A stretch of DNA of 64,000 nt from Squalus acanthias (Eukaryota), in contig JASTWF010000353.1 of assembly GCA_030390025.1 (NCBI GenBank), forward strand, positions 124,001 through 188,000, read 5' to 3'. A program made the position numbers and the translations under genes. Below the pieces are notes generated by a model. It was not told the origin of the DNA, did not search any database, and saw only the letters and a program-made list of their open reading frames with translations. This document shows, piece by piece, positions 53,701 through 64,000 of this stretch (the stretch's first letter is position 1; each line of letters begins with the position of its first letter).

Positions 53701-56700
53701 GTGAGATACTGGGACAGACTGTGAGATACTGGGGGACTGTGAGATACTGGGACAGACTGTGAGATACTGGGACAGACTGTGAGATACTGGGACAGACTGT
53801 GAGATACTGGGACAGACTGTGAGATACTGGGACAGACTGTGAGATACTGGGACAGACTGTGAGATACTGGGACAGACTGTGAGATACTGGGACAGACTGT
53901 GAGATACTGGGACAGACTGTGAGATACTGGGACAGACTGTGAGATACTGGGACAGACTGTGAGATACTGGGACAGACTGTGAGATACTGGGACAGACTGT
54001 GAGATACTGGGACAGACTGTGAGATACTGGGACAGACTGTGAGATACTGGGACAGACTGTGAGATACTGGGACAGACTGTGAGATACTGGGACAGACTGT
54101 GAGATACTGGGACAGACTGTGAGATACTGGGACAGACTGTGAGATACTGGGACAGACTGTGAGATACTGGGACAGACTGTGAGATACTGGGACAGACTGT
54201 GAGATACTGGGACAGACTGTGAGATACTGGGACAGACTGTGAGATACTGGGACAGACTGTGAGATACTGGGACAGACTGTGAGATACTGGGACAGACTGT
54301 GAGATACTGGGACAGACTGTGAGATACTGGGACAGACTGTGAGATACTGGGACAGACTGTGAGATACTGGGACAGACTGTGAGATACTGGGACAGACTGT
54401 GAGATACTGGGACAGACTGTGAGATACTGGGACAGACTGTGAGATACTGGGACAGACTGTGAGATACTGGGACAGACTGTGAGATACTGGGACAGACTGT
54501 GAGATACTGGGACAGACTGTGAGATACTGGGACAGACTGTGAGATACTGGGACAGACTGTGAGATACTGGGACAGACTGTGAGATACTGGGACAGACTGT
54601 GAGATACTGGGACAGACTGTGAGATACTGGGACAGACTGTGAGATACTGGGACAGACTGTGAGATACTGGGACAGACTGTGAGATACTGGGACAGACTGT
54701 GAGATACTGGGACAGACTGTGAGATACTGGGACAGACTGTGAGATACTGGGACAGACTGTGAGATACTGGGACAGACTGTGAGATACTGGGACAGACTGT
54801 GAGATACTGGGACAGACTGTGAGATACTGGGACAGACTGTGAGATACTGGGACAGACTGTGAGATACTGGGACAGACTGTGAGATACTGGGACAGACTGT
54901 GAGATACTGGGACAGACTGTGAGATACTGGGACAGACTGTGAGATACTGGGACAGACTGTGAGATACTGGGACAGACTGTGAGATACTGGGACAGACTGT
55001 GAGATACTGGGACAGACTGTGAGATACTGGGACAGACTGTGAGATACTGGGACAGACTGTGAGATACTGGGACAGACTGTGAGATACTGGGACAGACTGT
55101 GAGATACTGGGACAGACTGTGAGATACTGGGACAGACTGTGAGATACTGGGACAGACTGTGAGATACTGGGACAGACTGTGAGATACTGGGACAGACTGT
55201 GAGATACTGGGACAGACTGTGAGATACTGGGACAGACTGTGAGATACTGGGACAGACTGTGAGATACTGGGACAGACTGTGAGATACTGGGACAGACTGT
55301 GAGATACTGGGACAGACTGTGAGATACTGGGACAGACTGTGAGATACTGGGACAGACTGTGAGATACTGGGACAGACTGTGAGATACTGGGACAGACTGT
55401 GAGATACTGGGACAGACTGTGAGATACTGGGACAGACTGTGAGATACTGGGACAGACTGTGAGATACTGGGACAGACTGTGAGATACTGGGACAGACTGT
55501 GAGATACTGGGACAGACTGTGAGATACTGGGACAGACTGTGAGATACTGGGACAGACTGTGAGATACTGGGACAGACTGTGAGATACTGGGACAGACTGT
55601 GAGATACTGGGACAGACTGTGAGATACTGGGACAGACTGTGAGATACTGGGACAGACTGTGAGATACTGGGACAGACTGTGAGATACTGGGACAGACTGT
55701 GAGATACTGGGACAGACTGTGAGATACTGGGACAGACTGTGAGATACTGGGACAGACTGTGAGATACTGGGACAGACTGTGAGATACTGGGACAGACTGT
55801 GAGATACTGGGACAGACTGTGAGATACTGGGACAGACTGTGAGATACTGGGACAGACTGTGAGATACTGGGACAGACTGTGAGATACTGGGACAGACTGT
55901 GAGATACTGGGACAGACTGTGAGATACTGGGACAGACTGTGAGATACTGGGACAGACTGTGAGATACTGGGACAGACTGTGAGATACTGGGACAGACTGT
56001 GAGATACTGGGACAGACTGTGAGATACTGGGACAGACTGTGAGATACTGGGACAGACTGTGAGATACTGGGACAGACTGTGAGATACTGGGACAGACTGT
56101 GAGATACTGGGACAGACTGTGAGATACTGGGACAGACTGTGAGATACTGGGACAGACTGTGAGATACTGGGACAGACTGTGAGATACTGGGACAGACTGT
56201 GAGATACTGGGACAGACTGTGAGATACTGGGACAGACTGTGAGATACTGGGACAGACTGTGAGATACTGGGACAGACTGTGAGATACTGGGACAGACTGT
56301 GAGATACTGGGACAGACTGTGAGATACTGGGACAGACTGTGAGATACTGGGACAGACTGTGAGATACTGGGACAGACTGTGAGATACTGGGACAGACTGT
56401 GAGATACTGGGACAGACTGTGAGATACTGGGACAGACTGTGAGATACTGGGACAGACTGTGAGATACTGGGACAGACTGTGAGATACTGGGACAGACTGT
56501 GAGATACTGGGACAGACTGTGAGATACTGGGACAGACTGTGAGATACTGGGACAGACTGTGAGATACTGGGACAGACTGTGAGATACTGGGACAGACTGT
56601 GAGATACTGGGACAGACTGTGAGATACTGGGACAGACTGTGAGATACTGGGACAGACTGTGAGATACTGGGACAGACTGTGAGATACTGGGACAGACTGT

Positions 56701-59700
56701 GAGATACTGGGACAGACTGTGAGATACTGGGACAGACTGTGAGATACTGGGACAGACTGTGAGATACTGGGACAGACTGTGAGATACTGGGACAGACTGT
56801 GAGATACTGGGACAGACTGTGAGATACTGGGACAGACTGTGAGATACTGGGACAGACTGTGAGATACTGGGACAGACTGTGAGATACTGGGACAGACTGT
56901 GAGATACTGGGACAGACTGTGAGATACTGGGACAGACTGTGAGATACTGGGACAGACTGTGAGATACTGGGACAGACTGTGAGATACTGGGACAGACTGT
57001 GAGATACTGGGACAGACTGTGAGATACTGGGACAGACTGTGAGATACTGGGACAGACTGTGAGATACTGGGACAGACTGTGAGATACTGGGACAGACTGT
57101 GAGATACTGGGACAGACTGTGAGATACTGGGACAGACTGTGAGATACTGGGACAGACTGTGAGATACTGGGACAGACTGTGAGATACTGGGACAGACTGT
57201 GAGATACTGGGACAGACTGTGAGATACTGGGACAGACTGTGAGATACTGGGACAGACTGTGAGATACTGGGACAGACTGTGAGATACTGGGACAGACTGT
57301 GAGATACTGGGACAGACTGTGAGATACTGGGACAGACTGTGAGATACTGGGACAGACTGTGAGATACTGGGACAGACTGTGAGATACTGGGACAGACTGT
57401 GAGATACTGGGACAGACTGTGAGATACTGGGACAGACTGTGAGATACTGGGACAGACTGTGAGATACTGGGACAGACTGTGAGATACTGGGACAGACTGT
57501 GAGATACTGGGACAGACTGTGAGATACTGGGACAGACTGTGAGATACTGGGACAGACTGTGAGATACTGGGACAGACTGTGAGATACTGGGACAGACTGT
57601 GAGATACTGGGACAGACTGTGAGATACTGGGACAGACTGTGAGATACTGGGACAGACTGTGAGATACTGGGACAGACTGTGAGATACTGGGACAGACTGT
57701 GAGATACTGGGACAGACTGTGAGATACTGGGACAGACTGTGAGATACTGGGACAGACTGTGAGATACTGGGACAGACTGTGAGATACTGGGACAGACTGT
57801 GAGATACTGGGACAGACTGTGAGATACTGGGACAGACTGTGAGATACTGGGACAGACTGTGAGATACTGGGACAGACTGTGAGATACTGGGACAGACTGT
57901 GAGATACTGGGACAGACTGTGAGATACTGGGACAGACTGTGAGATACTGGGACAGACTGTGAGATACTGGGACAGACTGTGAGATACTGGGACAGACTGT
58001 GAGATACTGGGACAGACTGTGAGATACTGGGACAGACTGTGAGATACTGGGACAGACTGTGAGATACTGGGACAGACTGTGAGATACTGGGACAGACTGT
58101 GAGATACTGGGACAGACTGTGAGATACTGGGACAGACTGTGAGATACTGGGACAGACTGTGAGATACTGGGACAGACTGTGAGATACTGGGACAGACTGT
58201 GAGATACTGGGACAGACTGTGAGATACTGGGACAGACTGTGAGATACTGGGACAGACTGTGAGATACTGGGACAGACTGTGAGATACTGGGACAGACTGT
58301 GAGATACTGGGACAGACTGTGAGATACTGGGACAGACTGTGAGATACTGGGACAGACTGTGAGATACTGGGACAGACTGTGAGATACTGGGACAGACTGT
58401 GAGATACTGGGACAGACTGTGAGATACTGGGACAGACTGTGAGATACTGGGACAGACTGTGAGATACTGGGACAGACTGTGAGATACTGGGACAGACTGT
58501 GAGATACTGGGACAGACTGTGAGATACTGGGACAGACTGTGAGATACTGGGACAGACTGTGAGATACTGGGACAGACTGTGAGATACTGGGACAGACTGT
58601 GAGATACTGGGACAGACTGTGAGATACTGGGACAGACTGTGAGATACTGGGACAGACTGTGAGATACTGGGACAGACTGTGAGATACTGGGACAGACTGT
58701 GAGATACTGGGACAGACTGTGAGATACTGGGACAGACTGTGAGATACTGGGACAGACTGTGAGATACTGGGACAGACTGTGAGATACTGGGACAGACTGT
58801 GAGATACTGGGACAGACTGTGAGATACTGGGACAGACTGTGAGATACTGGGACAGACTGTGAGATACTGGGACAGACTGTGAGATACTGGGACAGACTGT
58901 GAGATACTGGGACAGACTGTGAGATACTGGGACAGACTGTGAGATACTGGGACAGACTGTGAGATACTGGGACAGACTGTGAGATACTGGGACAGACTGT
59001 GAGATACTGGGACAGACTGTGAGATACTGGGACAGACTGTGAGATACTGGGACAGACTGTGAGATACTGGGACAGACTGTGAGATACTGGGACAGACTGT
59101 GAGATACTGGGACAGACTGTGAGATACTGGGACAGACTGTGAGATACTGGGACAGACTGTGAGATACTGGGACAGACTGTGAGATACTGGGACAGACTGT
59201 GAGATACTGGGACAGACTGTGAGATACTGGGACAGACTGTGAGATACTGGGACAGACTGTGAGATACTGGGACAGACTGTGAGATACTGGGACAGACTGT
59301 GAGATACTGGGACAGACTGTGAGATACTGGGACAGACTGTGAGATACTGGGACAGACTGTGAGATACTGGGACAGACTGTGAGATACTGGGACAGACTGT
59401 GAGATACTGGGACAGACTGTGAGATACTGGGACAGACTGTGAGATACTGGGACAGACTGTGAGATACTGGGACAGACTGTGAGATACTGGGACAGACTGT
59501 GAGATACTGGGACAGACTGTGAGATACTGGGACAGACTGTGAGATACTGGGACAGACTGTGAGATACTGGGACAGACTGTGAGATACTGGGACAGACTGT
59601 GAGATACTGGGACAGACTGTGAGATACTGGGACAGACTGTGAGATACTGGGACAGACTGTGAGATACTGGGACAGACTGTGAGATACTGGGACAGACTGT

Positions 59701-62700
59701 GAGATACTGGGACAGACTGTGAGATACTGGGACAGACTGTGAGATACTGGGACAGACTGTGAGATACTGGGACAGACTGTGAGATACTGGGACAGACTGT
59801 GAGATACTGGGACAGACTGTGAGATACTGGGACAGACTGTGAGATACTGGGACAGACTGTGAGATACTGGGACAGACTGTGAGATACTGGGACAGACTGT
59901 GAGATACTGGGACAGACTGTGAGATACTGGGACAGACTGTGAGATACTGGGACAGACTGTGAGATACTGGGACAGACTGTGAGATACTGGGACAGACTGT
60001 GAGATACTGGGACAGACTGTGAGATACTGGGACAGACTGTGAGATACTGGGACAGACTGTGAGATACTGGGACAGACTGTGAGATACTGGGACAGACTGT
60101 GAGATACTGGGACAGACTGTGAGATACTGGGACAGACTGTGAGATACTGGGACAGACTGTGAGATACTGGGACAGACTGTGAGATACTGGGACAGACTGT
60201 GAGATACTGGGACAGACTGTGAGATACTGGGACAGACTGTGAGATACTGGGACAGACTGTGAGATACTGGGACAGACTGTGAGATACTGGGACAGACTGT
60301 GAGATACTGGGACAGACTGTGAGATACTGGGACAGACTGTGAGATACTGGGACAGACTGTGAGATACTGGGACAGACTGTGAGATACTGGGACAGACTGT
60401 GAGATACTGGGACAGACTGTGAGATACTGGGACAGACTGTGAGATACTGGGACAGACTGTGAGATACTGGGACAGACTGTGAGATACTGGGACAGACTGT
60501 GAGATACTGGGACAGACTGTGAGATACTGGGACAGACTGTGAGATACTGGGACAGACTGTGAGATACTGGGACAGACTGTGAGATACTGGGACAGACTGT
60601 GAGATACTGGGACAGACTGTGAGATACTGGGACAGACTGTGAGATACTGGGACAGACTGTGAGATACTGGGACAGACTGTGAGATACTGGGACAGACTGT
60701 GAGATACTGGGACAGACTGTGAGATACTGGGACAGACTGTGAGATACTGGGACAGACTGTGAGATACTGGGACAGACTGTGAGATACTGGGACAGACTGT
60801 GAGATACTGGGACAGACTGTGAGATACTGGGACAGACTGTGAGATACTGGGACAGACTGTGAGATACTGGGACAGACTGTGAGATACTGGGACAGACTGT
60901 GAGATACTGGGACAGACTGTGAGATACTGGGACAGACTGTGAGATACTGGGACAGACTGTGAGATACTGGGACAGACTGTGAGATACTGGGACAGACTGT
61001 GAGATACTGGGACAGACTGTGAGATACTGGGACAGACTGTGAGATACTGGGACAGACTGTGAGATACTGGGACAGACTGTGAGATACTGGGACAGACTGT
61101 GAGATACTGGGACAGACTGTGAGATACTGGGACAGACTGTGAGATACTGGGACAGACTGTGAGATACTGGGACAGACTGTGAGATACTGGGACAGACTGT
61201 GAGATACTGGGACAGACTGTGAGATACTGGGACAGACTGTGAGATACTGGGACAGACTGTGAGATACTGGGACAGACTGTGAGATACTGGGACAGACTGT
61301 GAGATACTGGGACAGACTGTGAGATACTGGGACAGACTGTGAGATACTGGGACAGACTGTGAGATACTGGGACAGACTGTGAGATACTGGGACAGACTGT
61401 GAGATACTGGGACAGACTGTGAGATACTGGGACAGACTGTGAGATACTGGGACAGACTGTGAGATACTGGGACAGACTGTGAGATACTGGGACAGACTGT
61501 GAGATACTGGGACAGACTGTGAGATACTGGGACAGACTGTGAGATACTGGGACAGACTGTGAGATACTGGGACAGACTGTGAGATACTGGGACAGACTGT
61601 GAGATACTGGGACAGACTGTGAGATACTGGGACAGACTGTGAGATACTGGGACAGACTGTGAGATACTGGGACAGACTGTGAGATACTGGGACAGACTGT
61701 GAGATACTGGGACAGACTGTGAGATACTGGGACAGACTGTGAGATACTGGGACAGACTGTGAGATACTGGGACAGACTGTGAGATACTGGGACAGACTGT
61801 GAGATACTGGGACAGACTGTGAGATACTGGGACAGACTGTGAGATACTGGGACAGACTGTGAGATACTGGGACAGACTGTGAGATACTGGGACAGACTGT
61901 GAGATACTGGGACAGACTGTGAGATACTGGGACAGACTGTGAGATACTGGGACAGACTGTGAGATACTGGGACAGACTGTGAGATACTGGGACAGACTGT
62001 GAGATACTGGGACAGACTGTGAGATACTGGGACAGACTGTGAGATACTGGGACAGACTGTGAGATACTGGGACAGACTGTGAGATACTGGGACAGACTGT
62101 GAGATACTGGGACAGACTGTGAGATACTGGGACAGACTGTGAGATACTGGGACAGACTGTGAGATACTGGGACAGACTGTGAGATACTGGGACAGACTGT
62201 GAGATACTGGGACAGACTGTGAGATACTGGGACAGACTGTGAGATACTGGGACAGACTGTGAGATACTGGGACAGACTGTGAGATACTGGGACAGACTGT
62301 GAGATACTGGGACAGACTGTGAGATACTGGGACAGACTGTGAGATACTGGGACAGACTGTGAGATACTGGGACAGACTGTGAGATACTGGGACAGACTGT
62401 GAGATACTGGGACAGACTGTGAGATACTGGGACAGACTGTGAGATACTGGGACAGACTGTGAGATACTGGGACAGACTGTGAGATACTGGGACAGACTGT
62501 GAGATACTGGGACAGACTGTGAGATACTGGGACAGACTGTGAGATACTGGGACAGACTGTGAGATACTGGGACAGACTGTGAGATACTGGGACAGACTGT
62601 GAGATACTGGGACAGACTGTGAGATACTGGGACAGACTGTGAGATACTGGGACAGACTGTGAGATACTGGGACAGACTGTGAGATACTGGGACAGACTGT

Positions 62701-64000
62701 GAGATACTGGGACAGACTGTGAGATACTGGGACAGACTGTGAGATACTGGGACAGACTGTGAGATACTGGGACAGACTGTGAGATACTGGGACAGACTGT
62801 GAGATACTGGGACAGACTGTGAGATACTGGGACAGACTGTGAGATACTGGGACAGACTGTGAGATACTGGGACAGACTGTGAGATACTGGGACAGACTGT
62901 GAGATACTGGGACAGACTGTGAGATACTGGGACAGACTGTGAGATACTGGGACAGACTGTGAGATACTGGGACAGACTGTGAGATACTGGGACAGACTGT
63001 GAGATACTGGGACAGACTGTGAGATACTGGGACAGACTGTGAGATACTGGGACAGACTGTGAGATACTGGGACAGACTGTGAGATACTGGGACAGACTGT
63101 GAGATACTGGGACAGACTGTGAGATACTGGGACAGACTGTGAGATACTGGGACAGACTGTGAGATACTGGGACAGACTGTGAGATACTGGGACAGACTGT
63201 GAGATACTGGGACAGACTGTGAGATACTGGGACAGACTGTGAGATACTGGGACAGACTGTGAGATACTGGGACAGACTGTGAGATACTGGGACAGACTGT
63301 GAGATACTGGGACAGACTGTGAGATACTGGGACAGACTGTGAGATACTGGGACAGACTGTGAGATACTGGGACAGACTGTGAGATACTGGGACAGACTGT
63401 GAGATACTGGGACAGACTGTGAGATACTGGGACAGACTGTGAGATACTGGGACAGACTGTGAGATACTGGGACAGACTGTGAGATACTGGGACAGACTGT
63501 GAGATACTGGGACAGACTGTGAGATACTGGGACAGACTGTGAGATACTGGGACAGACTGTGAGATACTGGGACAGACTGTGAGATACTGGGACAGACTGT
63601 GAGATACTGGGACAGACTGTGAGATACTGGGACAGACTGTGAGATACTGGGACAGACTGTGAGATACTGGGACAGACTGTGAGATACTGGGACAGACTGT
63701 GAGATACTGGGACAGACTGTGAGATACTGGGACAGACTGTGAGATACTGGGACAGACTGTGAGATACTGGGACAGACTGTGAGATACTGGGACAGACTGT
63801 GAGATACTGGGACAGACTGTGAGATACTGGGACAGACTGTGAGATACTGGGACAGACTGTGAGATACTGGGACAGACTGTGAGATACTGGGACAGACTGT
63901 GAGATACTGGGACAGACTGTGAGATACTGGGACAGACTGTGAGATACTGGGACAGACTGTGAGATACTGGGACAGACTGTGAGATACTGGGACAGACTGT
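29729..64000 (+). repeat. Essentially perfect (GAGATACTGGGACAGACTGT)n block, 34,272 bp, ~1713 units
   Basis: Printed lines are identical apart from two register shifts: a 1-bp deletion after 35686 (GAGTACT) and a net 2-bp loss at ~53731-53740 (GGGGGACTGT). Confidence 0.97.

Larger units (their letters stand above)
19581..64000 (+). repeat. Satellite/minisatellite array B: 20-bp monomer GAGATACTGGGACAGACTGT, about 2200 units, runs off the right edge
   Basis: Direct reading. The monomer is G7 A6 T4 C3 (50% GC) with no CpG in the consensus. It begins abruptly at ...CCCTCACT|CACAGACTGTGAGG. Confidence 0.99.

Noticed and set aside
1..64000. CRISPR array
   Set aside because: The repeats are contiguous with no unique spacers, leader or cas genes.
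19581..64000. G-quadruplex potential from GGG in B (and GGGG on the minus strand of A)
   Set aside because: The G-runs are separated by 16-17 nt, far longer than canonical G4 loops. There is no sequence-only support for stable structures.
19581..64000. Transcription-factor motifs in each B unit (CAGAC SMAD-like, AGATAC GATA-like)
   Set aside because: Short matches are expected by chance, AGATAC does not fit WGATAR, and there is no gene context.
1..64000. Assignment to a named satellite family, organism or centromere
   Set aside because: I do not recognise either monomer with confidence and there is no unique flanking sequence. It would need a Dfam/Repbase/BLAST search and CENP-A data.

Overview
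The whole 64 kb window is tandem-repeat (satellite) DNA. I see no supportable gene, RNA gene, transposon or CRISPR array, and every ORF in the track is a translation of the repeats. There are two 20-bp arrays. Array A (1-~19580) has the monomer TCTGTATCTGCCCCTCACTC, with a ...CTCGATC variant, and is pyrimidine-rich on +. It is degenerate, organised into kb-scale higher-order duplications, and has two sub-domains that meet near 13100. Array B (~19581-64000) has the monomer GAGATACTGGGACAGACTGT and is purine-rich on +. It is variant-rich near the junction, loses variants from ~26200, and from 29729 to the window end is essentially perfect (~34.3 kb, ~1713 units, two irregularities that I could see). 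A and the reverse complement of B match at 12/20 positions without gaps, so the arrays may be related families in opposite orientation. They meet with no spacer at a short palindrome. The perfect block could be a recent expansion, a telomere-like terminal array, or an assembly/consensus artefact. One duplicated segment whose variants are half erased points towards artefact. The organism cannot be identified from this window; a CpG-methylating eukaryote is an inference.
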